NCBI GenBank assembly: GCA_965222375.1
Contig: CBDCTZ010000011.1
Span: forward strand, 64,001 to 128,000
Length of the DNA stretch: 64,000 nt
From: Polyangiaceae bacterium
GTDB lineage: Bacteria > Myxococcota_A > Polyangia > Polyangiales > Polyangiaceae
Reading direction: 5' to 3'
Shown: one piece after another, positions 46,520 to 56,871 of the stretch
Numbering within the stretch: the first letter of the stretch is position 1
Layout of the letters: each line of letters opens with the position of its first letter
Translations under genes and position numbers: made by a program
Notes under the pieces: model-generated
Databases searched by the model: none
What the model saw: only the letters and a program-made list of their open reading frames with translations
Told to the model about the DNA's origin: nothing

Positions 46520-47721
46520 TGTCCCGACTCAGCCGGGCCCTGGAGCGGGCACGTCGACCTTTCGAGCGTGGCAGACGTCTCGAGCGTTTCGCGCCCGTGT
46601 TCGAGATGGTGGACACACTGCTGTGCTCGCCGAGCACCGTGACCCGCGGCAGCGTGCACGTCCGCGACGCCATCGACCTCAAGCGCGTAATGATCGTGGT
46701 GGTCGTCGCCATCGTCCCATGCCTGCTGATGGCCCTGTACAACACAGGGTACCAAGCACACCTGGTTCTGGCTCAGGGCGGAACGGAGATCCCCGATTGG
46801 CGCAGTGCCGTGTTCGCAGCAACGGGTCTGTCTGCCTCCCCGAACTCCGTGCTCGGCTGTGTCGTGCGTGGAGCGCTCTACTTCATCCCCGTCCTTGCGG
46901 TCTGCTTCGCAGCGGGGGGAGCTATCGAAGTGCTGTTCGCGGTGGTGCGCCGACACGCCGTGAACGAGGGCTTCTTCGTTACTGGTTTTCTGATTCCTCT
47001 CACTCTGCCCCCGAGCATCCCCCTTTGGCAGGTGGCGGTCGGAACGGCCTTCGGCGTACTCATTTCCAAGGAGGTGTTCGGCGGCACCGGCATGAACTTC
47101 TTGAATCCCGCACTGGTCGTGCGCGCGATTCTGTTCTTTGCCTACCCAGCCCAGATGTCAGGGGATGTGTGGGTCGCTGCCAAGATGCCCGATGGCATCA
47201 CCGGCGCCACCTCGCTGGCGCGCCTAGCCGAGGGCGACACCAGCGCTCCGGATCTGTGGAACGCGTTCTTGGGTCTAACCCAGGGGTCGATGGGTGAAAC
47301 ATCGACCCTAGCCTGCCTGCTCGGCGCGGCGGTGTTGCTGCTGACGCGGGTCGCCTCTGCACGCACGCTGATCGGTGTGGTTTTGGGCACGCTGGTAACG
47401 GCCGAGCTACTGCGCGCCATCGGGTCCGCGTCGAATCCGATGTTCGACGTTCCGTTCCACTGGCACATGGTGCTCGGGGGTTGGGCCTTCGGCGCGGTCT
47501 TCATGGCTACGGACCCTGTCTCGTCTCCCTTCACGCTGCGCGGTCAATTCGCCTATGGCGTGGCGATTGGATTCCTGGCCGTGCTGATTCGTGCGGTGAA
47601 CCCGGCGTACCCCGAAGGGATGATGCTCGCCATCTTGTTCATGAACCTGTTCGCTCCCGTCATCGACCACGTCGTGGTCAAAGCGAACGTCAAACGGAGG
47701 CTGGCACGTGACCGCAGCTGA
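46519..47721 (+). CDS. nqrB: Na+-NQR subunit B
   Basis: VRDAIDLKRVM, VNEGFFVT, KEVFGGTG.NFLNPAL, FMN site DGITGAT, FMATDPVS. Confidence 0.95.
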   Translation: MSRLSRALERARRPFERGRRLERFAPVFEMVDTLLCSPSTVTRGSVHVRDAIDLKRVMIVVVVAIVPCLLMALYNTGYQAHLVLAQGGTEIPDWRSAVFAATGLSASPNSVLGCVVRGALYFIPVLAVCFAAGGAIEVLFAVVRRHAVNEGFFVTGFLIPLTLPPSIPLWQVAVGTAFGVLISKEVFGGTGMNFLNPALVVRAILFFAYPAQMSGDVWVAAKMPDGITGATSLARLAEGDTSAPDLWNAFLGLTQGSMGETSTLACLLGAAVLLLTRVASARTLIGVVLGTLVTAELLRAIGSASNPMFDVPFHWHMVLGGWAFGAVFMATDPVSSPFTLRGQFAYGVAIGFLAVLIRAVNPAYPEGMMLAILFMNLFAPVIDHVVVKANVKRRLARDRS

Positions 47722-48496
47722 GCGAGGGAAGTGGCACACGCTGCGATTCGCAGCCGTCGTGTGTGCGTTCTGCTCTGTGGCAGTGGCCGGCTCCGCGGTG
47801 CTGTTACGCCCGCGTCAGATAGAGAATCGGGAGCTCGACCGTCAGACTCGAGTCCTGGAGGTGGCTGGTCTGATCAAACCTGGCCAGCCGCCTGAACGCG
47901 CTGAAATCCGGCGACTGTTTCAAGACAACGTACGGGTCGTTGCAATCGAACTCGCCACTGGCGCTGATGCGCCTGAAATCGATTTGGCGACCTACGATCC
48001 TCGCCGCGCGGCCCGAGACCCGACGACAAGTCGCCAAGCCCCCGAGAACGAGGCACGCGTCGCGCGTGTCCCGCACCACGTCCTGGTGTACTTGATCGAG
48101 CGCGCGGGTAGCGTCGACCGGCTGATACTGCCCATGGAGGGTTTGGGCCTGTGGTCTACGCTGCGCGGCTACCTGGCGCTTTCAGCGGATGGCACGACGG
48201 TTCGTGGCATCACCTTCTACGAGCACGCTGAAACGCCTGGCCTGGGAGACGGAATCGATGACCCAAGCTGGCAGGCGGGCTGGGACGGACGCAAGATCTT
48301 CGATCAAACAGGCAAGGTGCGCCTGCGTGTGATCAAAGGCCGGGCGGGTCCGCCCGACTCGGATCCCTTCCGAGTGGACGGTTTGTCCGGTGCGACTCTG
48401 ACTGCAAACGGCGTCTCCAACATGCTCGAGTTCTGGTTGGGGCCCGAGGGCTACGGCCCATACCTGGATCGACTGCGACGGGAGGCCCGGCCATGA
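47708..48496 (+). CDS. nqrC: Na+-NQR subunit C
   Basis: GLWS, ETPGLG, FMN site DGLSGATLT. Confidence 0.95.
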   Translation: MTAAERGKWHTLRFAAVVCAFCSVAVAGSAVLLRPRQIENRELDRQTRVLEVAGLIKPGQPPERAEIRRLFQDNVRVVAIELATGADAPEIDLATYDPRRAARDPTTSRQAPENEARVARVPHHVLVYLIERAGSVDRLILPMEGLGLWSTLRGYLALSADGTTVRGITFYEHAETPGLGDGIDDPSWQAGWDGRKIFDQTGKVRLRVIKGRAGPPDSDPFRVDGLSGATLTANGVSNMLEFWLGPEGYGPYLDRLRREARP

Positions 48497-49170
48497 CCGT
48501 GAGTAGTCATCGCAAAACGTTGGTCGACCCACTGTTCAACGACAACCCGATCACCATCCAGGTGCTAGGCATCTGTTCGGCGCTAGCGGTAACCGCCAAA
48601 CTCGAAACCGCACTGGTGATGTCTGCCGCCCTGACCGCCGTCCTCACCCTGGCAAACGTCTCGGTGAGCGTGCTGCGCCGGTCCATTCCGCGAGACGTTC
48701 GCATCATCATCCAGCTCACGATCATCGCGTCGCTCGTTATCGTGACCGATCAAGTGCTCAAGGCGTACGTCTACGGGATCAGTAAGCAGCTCAGCGTGTT
48801 TGTCGGGCTGATCATCACGAACTGCATCGTCATGGGGCGAGCTGAGGCCTTTGCCATGAAGAATGCGCCGCTCCCCAGTCTGCTCGACGGCCTCGGCAAC
48901 TCCGTTGGCTACAGTCTCGTGCTGATCATCGTCGGCGGCGTGCGTGAGCTTCTCGGTGCCGGCACTTTGCTCGACGTTCCGATCCTGCCCCTGGTCCAGG
49001 ACGGAGGCTGGTACGTGCCGAACGGCCTCGCTGTGTTGGCGCCCGCGGCGTTCTTCATCATCGGGCTGTTGATCTGGGGTTTGCGCACTTGGAAACCGGA
49101 GCAGGTCGAGGACGAAGCGACGGTCGTCATCCAGGAGCCCGAGGAACTCGCCGAGGCCCCAGGAGAGTGA
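48493..49170 (+). CDS. nqrD: Na+-NQR subunit D
   Basis: [33 protein letters not shown]. Confidence 0.95.
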   Translation: MTVSSHRKTLVDPLFNDNPITIQVLGICSALAVTAKLETALVMSAALTAVLTLANVSVSVLRRSIPRDVRIIIQLTIIASLVIVTDQVLKAYVYGISKQLSVFVGLIITNCIVMGRAEAFAMKNAPLPSLLDGLGNSVGYSLVLIIVGGVRELLGAGTLLDVPILPLVQDGGWYVPNGLAVLAPAAFFIIGLLIWGLRTWKPEQVEDEATVVIQEPEELAEAPGE

Positions 49171-49171
49171 G

Positions 49172-49786
49172 ATGGAGCACTATCTGAGCATCGCCCTGCG
49201 CGCCGCATTCGTCGACAACATGGCGCTCGCGTTCTTCCTAGGGCTGTGCTCCTTCCTCGCGGTTTCGCGCCGGCTCGAGACCGCTTTCGGTCTGGGCATG
49301 GCGGTCCTCTTTGTACTGACTCTCACCTGTCCACTGAACCAGCTCTTCCTCACCTACGTGCTGCGAGAAGGGGCCCTCGGGTGGTTGCACCCGGCGCTGG
49401 GTTCCGTGGATCTGTCCTTCTTGGTGTACTTGGTCTTTATCGGAACTATCGCTGCGACGGTGCAGGTCGTCGAGATTTTCATGGATCGAAAGTTGCCGCG
49501 CCTGTCGGCCTCTCTCGGCGTATTCCTGCCCTTGATCGCGGTGAACTGCGCAATCTTGGGCGCGTCGCTGTTCATGGCAGAGCGCGACTACACATTCTCG
49601 GAGAGCCTGTCCTTCAGCGTTGGCTCCGGCGTCGGTTGGGCCCTTGCGGTGATCGCCCTGGGTGCTGTGCGGGAGCGCCTCCGCTACAGCAATGTACCAG
49701 CAGGTCTGCGCGGGCTCGGCATCACCTTCATCGCCACGGGGTTGATGGCGATGTGCTTCATGGCCTTCGCGGGGGTGCGGCTATGA
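49172..49786 (+). CDS. nqrE: Na+-NQR subunit E
   Basis: NMALAFFLGLCSFLAVS, LPLIAVNCAILG, GLGITFI. Confidence 0.95.
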   Translation: MEHYLSIALRAAFVDNMALAFFLGLCSFLAVSRRLETAFGLGMAVLFVLTLTCPLNQLFLTYVLREGALGWLHPALGSVDLSFLVYLVFIGTIAATVQVVEIFMDRKLPRLSASLGVFLPLIAVNCAILGASLFMAERDYTFSESLSFSVGSGVGWALAVIALGAVRERLRYSNVPAGLRGLGITFIATGLMAMCFMAFAGVRL

Positions 49787-49796
49787 GGAGGAGAAG

Positions 49797-51023
49797 ATGC
49801 TGACGGTCCTGGTTGGAGCGCTGGCGTTCACGGCAATCGTGCTCGCGTTGGTAGCCACGCTGCTAGCAGCGAAGGCTCGCCTGGCTCCAAGTGGCTCGGC
49901 GCGGCTGAGCATCAACGATGACCCGACCCGCGAGCTGACGGCGCCGATCGGGGAAACCCTGCTCTCGACGCTGGCGGCTCGAGATGTGTTCCTTCCCTCG
50001 GCATGCGGCGGCAAGGGGACTTGCGGGGTGTGCAAGGTCGTTGTCGCGGAGGGTGGTGGTCGGCTCCTGCCGACCGAGCGCTCCCTCGTGAGCCGAGGCG
50101 AGGAGCGACGCGGCATTCGCCTGTCTTGCCAAGTCAAGGTTCGCGAAGACATGCGCATTGAACTACCCGAAGCGGTTCTGGGCACGCGGCGGTGGCAGTG
50201 TCGAGTACGCAGTAACGAAAGCGTGGCGACCTTCATCAAAGAGTTGGTGTTGGAGTTGCCCGAGGGAGAGTCGGTTCCTTACCGGGCAGGCGGCTACATT
50301 CAGATACAGGTCCCCCCTCACCGCATGTCCTATCGCGACATAGTCGTGGGAGATCAGTTCCAAGCGACCTGGAGTGAGCAAGAGCTGTGGTCATTGACCT
50401 CAGAGGTTGCCGAGACCGAAACGGTCTATCGAGCGTACTCGATCGCTAGCGCTCCCACTGAAACGGGCGTGGTGATGCTCAACGTGAGAATCGCCGTTCC
50501 GCCAGCCGACGAGCCCGGCGTGCCACCTGGGAAGGCCTCGTCGTGGCTGTTCGGACTGAAACCGGGGGATGACGTCGAGATTTCTGGTCCCTATGGCGAC
50601 TTCTTCGTGAAGGAGACGGATGCGGAAATGGTCTTTGTCGGTGGCGGCGCAGGCATGGCACCGCTGCGTTCGATGATCTTCGACCAGATTCACCGGGTTG
50701 GAACGGACCGCAAACTGTCCTTTTGGTACGGCGCGCGCAGCCTGCGAGAGGCTTTCTACGTTTCTGACTTCGAGAAGCTGGCTCGGGAGCATGCGAACTT
50801 CCAGTGGCACTTGGCGCTCTCGGAGCCACTAGCGGAAGACGACTGGAGCGGGCCAACGGGTTTCATTCATCAGGTGCTGTTCGAGGAGTATCTGGCTACT
50901 CACCCAGCCCCGGAGGACGTGGAGTTCTACTTGTGTGGGCCCCCGCAAATGATCCAGGCCTGCAAGGCTATGCTGACTGACATCGGCGTCGAGGCGGAGA
51001 ACATTGCCTATGACGAGTTCTAG
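49797..51023 (+). CDS. nqrF: Na+-NQR subunit F
   Basis: 2Fe-2S motif SACGGKGTCGVC...RLSCQ, RAYS, GGGAGMAP, YLCGPP. Confidence 0.95.
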   Translation: MLTVLVGALAFTAIVLALVATLLAAKARLAPSGSARLSINDDPTRELTAPIGETLLSTLAARDVFLPSACGGKGTCGVCKVVVAEGGGRLLPTERSLVSRGEERRGIRLSCQVKVREDMRIELPEAVLGTRRWQCRVRSNESVATFIKELVLELPEGESVPYRAGGYIQIQVPPHRMSYRDIVVGDQFQATWSEQELWSLTSEVAETETVYRAYSIASAPTETGVVMLNVRIAVPPADEPGVPPGKASSWLFGLKPGDDVEISGPYGDFFVKETDAEMVFVGGGAGMAPLRSMIFDQIHRVGTDRKLSFWYGARSLREAFYVSDFEKLAREHANFQWHLALSEPLAEDDWSGPTGFIHQVLFEEYLATHPAPEDVEFYLCGPPQMIQACKAMLTDIGVEAENIAYDEF

Positions 51024-52128
51024 AGCTCGAAGTCAGGTCGGCAAGCGGATCCCTCGGCGCGGCCCCAAGCTCCCTGCGCGAGCGCGCGTGGCATGGGTCG
51101 CCGTGCTGGTTGTGCTGTCCCTCGCAAGCCTTGCGGTGTACGGGAAGGCGCCGTCCAAACAAGAATCAAGGTTCTCCGGCTCCACCATGGGGACCAGCTA
51201 TCGCGTCAAACTGGCGGAAGCGCTGTCGCCGAAGGAGCGCACGCGCGTCGCCGGGGCGATCAGCGCCGTGCTCACCCGCGCGCGCACGCGCTTCTCAACC
51301 TATGAGCCGACCTCGGAGCTCTCACGCTTCAATAGCCATTCCGAGCCAGGCGGCGTCCCCGTTTCGAAGGCCACCTTGTCTCTAGTTGACCTGGCGCTGG
51401 GGGTGAGTCGAGCCAGCCATGGGGCACTCGACCCAAGCGTCGGTCCCCTGGTCGAGCTATGGGGTTTCGGACCGAGAGAGCCCACTTCCTCCCCGCCGAC
51501 CCAGCAAGAGATTGCCGTTGCACGGGAGAAAGTTGGGTACGCCTTCTTGTCGACGGACCACACGGCACAGCGCTTGGTCAAGCATCGCGCACACGTGCGT
51601 TGTGACCTGTCCGCCATCGCGAAGGGCCAAGCCATCGATGACTTGGGTGATGCTCTTCAGGCTCTTGGTCACCGCAACTTCTTGATCGAGATCGGCGGCG
51701 AGCTCCTGGCGCGCGGCAGGAACGGAAGCGGGCGCTTCTGGCGCGTGGGTATCGAGAGTCCCGAGCCGCATTCGAGGACGGTCGCGTCCGTCGTTGAGCT
51801 CAGTGACCTTGCGATTGCGACCTCTGGAAGCTATCGCAACTTCCGCACGCTGCCCCAGCGTCGCGTTTCACATCTGATCGACCCGCGCACCGGCCATCCT
51901 GTTGAGCACACCGTCGTTTCAGTGAGCGTGGTGCATGCGAGTGCCGCATTGGCGGACGCTTGGGCCACGGCCCTGCACGTCCTCGGACAGCGTCAAGGTT
52001 ACGAGCTCGCCGTCCAGCGTGGGCTCGCCGCGCGTTTCGTCTCCAAGCGCGGCGACTCGCTCGTCGTGCGCGCTACCCACGGGTTCCCTGCAGAACTTGC
52101 GCGTTCTGTACCGAGGCGAGGTGACTGA
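51004..52128 (+). CDS. apbE: FAD:protein FMN transferase (true start possibly ~51088)
   Basis: TMGTSY, SELSRFN, DLSAIAKG, EIGGE, ATSGSYRN, HLIDPRTG, ADAWATA. Confidence 0.93.
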   Translation: MPMTSSRARSQVGKRIPRRGPKLPARARVAWVAVLVVLSLASLAVYGKAPSKQESRFSGSTMGTSYRVKLAEALSPKERTRVAGAISAVLTRARTRFSTYEPTSELSRFNSHSEPGGVPVSKATLSLVDLALGVSRASHGALDPSVGPLVELWGFGPREPTSSPPTQQEIAVAREKVGYAFLSTDHTAQRLVKHRAHVRCDLSAIAKGQAIDDLGDALQALGHRNFLIEIGGELLARGRNGSGRFWRVGIESPEPHSRTVASVVELSDLAIATSGSYRNFRTLPQRRVSHLIDPRTGHPVEHTVVSVSVVHASAALADAWATALHVLGQRQGYELAVQRGLAARFVSKRGDSLVVRATHGFPAELARSVPRRGD

Positions 52129-52129
52129 A

Positions 52130-52297
52130 ATGATGTTGACCGTATTGTTGGTGATGGCGCTCGTTGCGCTAACGATGGTCGCCCTCGCAGTCGGGCTGCT
52201 TCTCAACGGAACAGAATTGCGAGGTTCCTGCGGTGGCGCGGCGGGCGACTGCAGCTGCATAGGTCATCGCGATTGCCCGAAGCGAAATAGGGGATAG
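52130..52297 (+). CDS. nqrM: Na+-NQR maturation protein NqrM (DUF539)
   Basis: TM helix followed by LRGSCGG and further Cys residues; directly after apbE. Confidence 0.85.
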   Translation: MMLTVLLVMALVALTMVALAVGLLLNGTELRGSCGGAAGDCSCIGHRDCPKRNRG

Positions 52298-52348
52298 TTG
52301 CGCGCTTGTGGTACGCGGCTTGCTACAGGATCTGCGGGAGGTTCCGCC

Positions 52349-52798
52349 ATGGATGTGATTACCGGCGTTCGCGAGCTACTCGAAAAAAAAGGCCGCACCG
52401 TCCATACGATAGAGCCAGACAAGCCGCTCACCGAGTGTGCCCGCATCATGCTCGAGAAGGAGGTGAACTCCCTCGTGATTCCGAACCACGGCGGCGTGGC
52501 GGGAATCATCACGTGGCGTGAGGTGATGCAGGTGGCTGGCACGGAACCGGGCGGGCTCGCGGCCAAGACCGTCGGCGACGTGATGATAAAGGAGCCACCG
52601 ACGGCGAATGAAGATGCCAGTCTCAAAGAGGTGGAACGGATGATGATCGAGACGCGTCTGCGCCATCTTCCCGTGCTCAAGGATGGCGAGCTTTGCGGAA
52701 TCATCACGCGCATCGACGTGCTGCAGCTTCACCTCGACCACGCGATCCGGCTCAGCAGCGAGCTCGAGTCGTTCATCAGCGGCGTCTACAGGCGCTGA
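52349..52798 (+). CDS. CBS-domain protein
   Basis: GGAGG RBS; GIIT, VGDVM, RHLPVL.DGELCGIIT..D. Confidence 0.9.
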   Translation: MDVITGVRELLEKKGRTVHTIEPDKPLTECARIMLEKEVNSLVIPNHGGVAGIITWREVMQVAGTEPGGLAAKTVGDVMIKEPPTANEDASLKEVERMMIETRLRHLPVLKDGELCGIITRIDVLQLHLDHAIRLSSELESFISGVYRR

Positions 52799-52807
52799 GG
52801 AGGTCTG

Positions 52808-53842
52808 TCACTGCTTCGAACAGAGTAGGTTTCCCGCCTTCTGTGCACCTGGACACGGGGAGTCTGCGCTCATGGTGCCAGCAAACGAGAAAAAGAGCGT
52901 AGACTCGACGACGGCGAGGGAGCCGCCGGTGAGGGCCAGCCGCCCCGGAGTTTGCGACGGTGTACCTCCTGGGCCGATCAGAACTGCGCAGGGTGCCGTC
53001 AAGTGCTGGTTCTCGTCGGGTACCGCCGTCGTGGCCGTCGTCACCCTCCACCGCGAGGTTCCTGTGAGATGCGAGTCACCGCTGTACAGCGCGGTTATCC
53101 CTTCACCGCTTTGCGCCAACACTAGCCCGCCGCCGTCGCCTCCGGTCGAAACGTACTGGTTGAAACCATCGCCCTTCTGGAACGTCCCAATCTGCGAGCT
53201 GCAAGCGTAGTTGCCAATGGGCAACTGGTGGTCGACGGCCGATGGCACTGGTGCGTCGCCAGGTTCCTGTGAGGGGCCGTTCTGGCACAACAGCCACGAG
53301 CTGGAGGGCGAAGCCTGCGAGCCGCATGTTCCAAGATCGCTTCTGATGGTCCCCTGCAGAGCGATGAAGACCGCGCCCGAATCGTAAGTCAGCGTGCCGG
53401 CCTTGGTGCTGAATTCCGCCGCGTACACCTCTTGGTTCCCTACGCCCACTCCGAGAACGCAAAGACCCGACGAGCCAGGGGCCAGTTGCCCCGCTGGACC
53501 AAGAGTCGCCGTGGTGGCCGTGCGGACAACGAAATCCAACAAGCTGGTCTGGCCGCTATTTTCGACGTAGTTGGCAGTGACCGTTTGCCCGGACTGCGTC
53601 AGCGTCAGGAGCGCACCGGACTCGAAGCCGCTCACGTTCAGGAAGACGTTGCTATCCAGGTTCTTTACTCCTCGGGCGCAGTTGGTGTACGTCCCGACGG
53701 GGAAGATGGGCGTGGCGATCTCCCTCGCGCCTACATCGTCCGCCACCGTGCGAGCGCCGCATGCGGTGAGCAAGAGCGAGAGGAGTAGCGATCCGCGGGC
53801 CCAGAGGACGCCGCAACCGTAGTGGATAGCGCATGGGTTCAT
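52808..53842 (-). CDS. hypothetical lipoprotein with two homologous halves
   Basis: LTAC lipobox; FPVGTYTNC...LTLTQSG..VTANY and LPIGNYAC...LVLAQSG..ITALY. Confidence 0.75.
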   Translation of the reverse strand: MNPCAIHYGCGVLWARGSLLLSLLLTACGARTVADDVGAREIATPIFPVGTYTNCARGVKNLDSNVFLNVSGFESGALLTLTQSGQTVTANYVENSGQTSLLDFVVRTATTATLGPAGQLAPGSSGLCVLGVGVGNQEVYAAEFSTKAGTLTYDSGAVFIALQGTIRSDLGTCGSQASPSSSWLLCQNGPSQEPGDAPVPSAVDHQLPIGNYACSSQIGTFQKGDGFNQYVSTGGDGGGLVLAQSGEGITALYSGDSHLTGTSRWRVTTATTAVPDENQHLTAPCAVLIGPGGTPSQTPGRLALTGGSLAVVESTLFFSFAGTMSADSPCPGAQKAGNLLCSKQ

Positions 53843-53944
53843 GGATTCACGTAGAGTACCTCCCCCGCCTCAATCCCATGATGCGAATGAGTGTAACGGT
53901 AGTCTCAAGGGCGTGCACGACAAGCGGAGTTCGATGGCGCGACC

Positions 53945-54040
53945 AAGGCTCTCGCGAAAGACCCCGAGCTCAAGGGTAGGGTGGTGGTGCGGTTCGTCAT
54001 CGGCCGCGGCGGACTGGTCACGGAAGCGACCAACCACGGC
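53945..54040 (+). pseudogene. fragment of an AgmX/PglI (TonB-C-like) domain
   Basis: KALAKDPELKGRVVVRFVIGRGGLVTEATNHG, with an in-frame stop at 53900 and no start codon before the fragment. Confidence 0.5.
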
Positions 54041-54309
54041 CCTGCGATCCAGGAGCAAGGCTCTGGATCAGGCTGGTCACCTGTGGGGCCTGCCGCCGCG
54101 TGATGGGTGTGAGCTTCGTGGGCAGCCTGTCCAAGCTCAGCGATGAGCAACTGCGCGTGGTGCAGGAGCGCATTGGGTTTGGCGCGGAAACGTTGCTCGC
54201 CACGCCCGCTCAGTGGCGGGCGGCCTATCGCGGACGACCGCTTCCACCTCTGCCTGAGGGTGCTATTGCGCTCGACGCGGCTGTGCCCTAGGTCCCGCGT
54301 GAACGGCCG

Positions 54310-56673
54310 CTAATTCCGCAGTGGCTTGTTCTTCATCAACATGTGCTGCATGCGGTCCAGCGTCTTCTGCTCACCGCATAGGCTCAAGAAGACTTCGCGC
54401 TCCAGATCGAACATGTCCTGCTCGGTCACGGGGCGTGATGCACCGCCGGCGCCACCGCAGAGGATGCGGGCGAGCTTCCGGGCGATGAAGCCGTCGTATT
54501 CTGTAGCGAAGCCAGCGGCGATCATGGAGTCGACCAACATGCCAAGGGTGGCAATGCCGCTCTCGCCAGGGAGCTTATGGGAGCGCGGCGCTCGCGGGTG
54601 GTAGCCGCTCTCCGCCATGCCAATTGCCCGAGCCTTGGCTTCGGTGACTAGTCGCGCCTTGTCGAAGCTGATGCCGTCGCTGCGGCGGAAGTAGCCGAGC
54701 TCTTGGGCCATGCCGGCGCTGGTCGCCACGTTCGCGGTCGCGATGTTCTGAAACACTCGACCCACCAGGGACTGCACGATGACGTCAGCACCTTCGGGGA
54801 TGCCTTCCAGGGCCCGCCACACCAATGCGGTGCAACCGCCACCCGCTGGTATCAAGCCGACGCCGACCTCGACCAAACCAGCGTAGGTTTCGGCTGCCGC
54901 TTGGACTGCGTCAGCCGCCATGCAGACTTCGAGACCACCGCCCACCGCCATGCCGTAGGGCGCCGCCACGACCGGGATCTTCGAGTACTTCATGCGCTGA
55001 CCAGCGTTCTGCAGCGCACTGACCATCTTGCCGATCTCGTCCCACTGCTTCTGTTGCGCAGCCACGACGACGCCGAACAAGTTCGCGCCCACGGAGAAGT
55101 GGTCGCCTTCGTTGGCAATGACTACGGCACGGAAGTCCTTTTCCGCACGATCGACAGCATCATTCAGCATCTGGATCACTTCGGGATCGATACTGTTCAT
55201 CTTGCTCTTGTAGGTTATGCCCAGAACGCCGTCGCCGAAGTCCCAGGCTTCCGCGCTGCCGTTTTCGAGGACCGGTTTGCTCCCGCTTCGCACGGTGCGC
55301 ACGGTCTTGTTTCGAGGATCCGTCTTCTGAGTGACGTACTCACCCTTGGCCAGCTCGAAGACCTTGCCGTCCTTGTAGAAGGCGGTTGCTCCAGCTGCTT
55401 TCATCTTCTTGACGTTCTCGGGGATCTCGAGGCCGTCTTTCTCCATGCGCTCGAGTACGGCGGCAAAGCCCATGGCGTCCCAGCTTTGGAAGGGGCCGAG
55501 CTCCCAGTTGTAGCCCCAGCACATGGCATCATCGATGGCCGTGATGCTGTCGGTGATCTCGCCGATCATTTTTGCTGAGTAGAGCAGCGCACGCGCCGTG
55601 AGCTTCCACGCGAAGGTGCCCGCGGGGCCCGTATCCTCGAAGAGCTTCTTGACGCGTTCGGTGGGATCCTCGATCGCGCCGATCTCTTTGCACTTGCTCT
55701 TGATCTCCGCATTGCCCGCCTTGTCGCGGTACTCCTTCTTATAGGGGTCGAAGGTCTCGATGCCCGCCTTGCTCTTCTTGTAAAACCCCTGCTTGGTCTT
55801 GTTGCCCAGCAGGCCACCCTTGACCATTTCGCGGATGTACTCGGGGAGCTTGAATACGTCGCGCTCGGGATCTTCCGTGAGCGCGGCGTAGCAGTTGTCC
55901 GCGACGTGTACGACCGTATCCAGCCCGACCATGTCTGCCGTGCGGAAACTGGCGCTCTTGGGGTGAGCCATGGGCAGCCCCGTGATGGCATCCAAGTCCT
56001 CGGGCGCGAGCTCGTCGGCGATCATTTGCTGAATACCGTAGAGCATGGCGTGGGTGCCGATGCGGTTACCAACGAAGTTCGGTGTGTCCTTGGCGTAGAC
56101 GATGCCCTTGCCGAGCACTTCTCGGCCGAAGTCCTCGATGCTCTGAAGCACGGCCTTGTCGGTTTCCGGGCCGGCGACGAGCTCGAGAAGCTTCATGTAG
56201 CGAACCGGGTTGAAGAAGTGCATCACCAGGAAGTTCTTCTTGAAGCCCGCACTGCGACCCTCGAGCATGTCTTTGATGCGCAGTCCCGACGTATTCGACG
56301 CAACCACCGTGTGAGCCGGCAGTACCTTCTCCAAGCGAGCGAACAAGCTCTGCTTGATATCCAATCGCTCTACGATGGCTTCAATCACCAGGTCGCAGCC
56401 CTCGAGCAAGTCGAAGTGGTCGTCGAGGTTCCCCGTGGTCACCAGCTCCGCGCGGCTCTTGTGGAAGAAGGCGGCGGGTTTGGCCTTGAGGGCCTTCTTC
56501 AGGCCGCCGTCGGCGAAGCCGTTGCGTGCCTTCGGATCCTTCTTTTCTGCGTCGCTGAGCTTCGGCGGCACGATGTCTAGCAGCACCACCTCGATGCTGG
56601 CGTTGGCCATGTGTGCGGCAATGCCGCTGCCCATCACACCGGCGCCAATCACGCCTACTCGTCGAATCGTCAT
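54310..56673 (-). CDS. 3-hydroxyacyl-CoA dehydrogenase / enoyl-CoA hydratase (FadN-type)
   Basis: GAGVMGSG, EAIVE, SNTSG, HFFNP, plus C-terminal crotonase motifs FSVGANL, GGGLE, GLVEVGVGLIP. Confidence 0.93.
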   Translation of the reverse strand: MTIRRVGVIGAGVMGSGIAAHMANASIEVVLLDIVPPKLSDAEKKDPKARNGFADGGLKKALKAKPAAFFHKSRAELVTTGNLDDHFDLLEGCDLVIEAIVERLDIKQSLFARLEKVLPAHTVVASNTSGLRIKDMLEGRSAGFKKNFLVMHFFNPVRYMKLLELVAGPETDKAVLQSIEDFGREVLGKGIVYAKDTPNFVGNRIGTHAMLYGIQQMIADELAPEDLDAITGLPMAHPKSASFRTADMVGLDTVVHVADNCYAALTEDPERDVFKLPEYIREMVKGGLLGNKTKQGFYKKSKAGIETFDPYKKEYRDKAGNAEIKSKCKEIGAIEDPTERVKKLFEDTGPAGTFAWKLTARALLYSAKMIGEITDSITAIDDAMCWGYNWELGPFQSWDAMGFAAVLERMEKDGLEIPENVKKMKAAGATAFYKDGKVFELAKGEYVTQKTDPRNKTVRTVRSGSKPVLENGSAEAWDFGDGVLGITYKSKMNSIDPEVIQMLNDAVDRAEKDFRAVVIANEGDHFSVGANLFGVVVAAQQKQWDEIGKMVSALQNAGQRMKYSKIPVVAAPYGMAVGGGLEVCMAADAVQAAAETYAGLVEVGVGLIPAGGGCTALVWRALEGIPEGADVIVQSLVGRVFQNIATANVATSAGMAQELGYFRRSDGISFDKARLVTEAKARAIGMAESGYHPRAPRSHKLPGESGIATLGMLVDSMIAAGFATEYDGFIARKLARILCGGAGGASRPVTEQDMFDLEREVFLSLCGEQKTLDRMQHMLMKNKPLRN

Positions 56674-56871
56674 GAGATATCCTCGTGGGGCTTTCCGGCT
56701 GCCCTCGGCAACCGCGCAATGGTCGCGGGTGCGACCGGGAATCGATGCGCGGAACCCTTTTACAGAACGGCTCCGGAGGCAAGAGGCGTTCGTCAGGCGG
56801 CGGCCTCGCAGTGCACAGGCCTGCGCGAATCACGCAGGGCTCAGGCGTCGCCCTGGGCGAGTGGCGCGTAG

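Noticed and set aside
45155..51023. Rnf complex
   Set aside because: Gene order and the NqrA/NqrF/NqrM signatures identify Na+-NQR; no RnfB/RnfC ferredoxin motifs.
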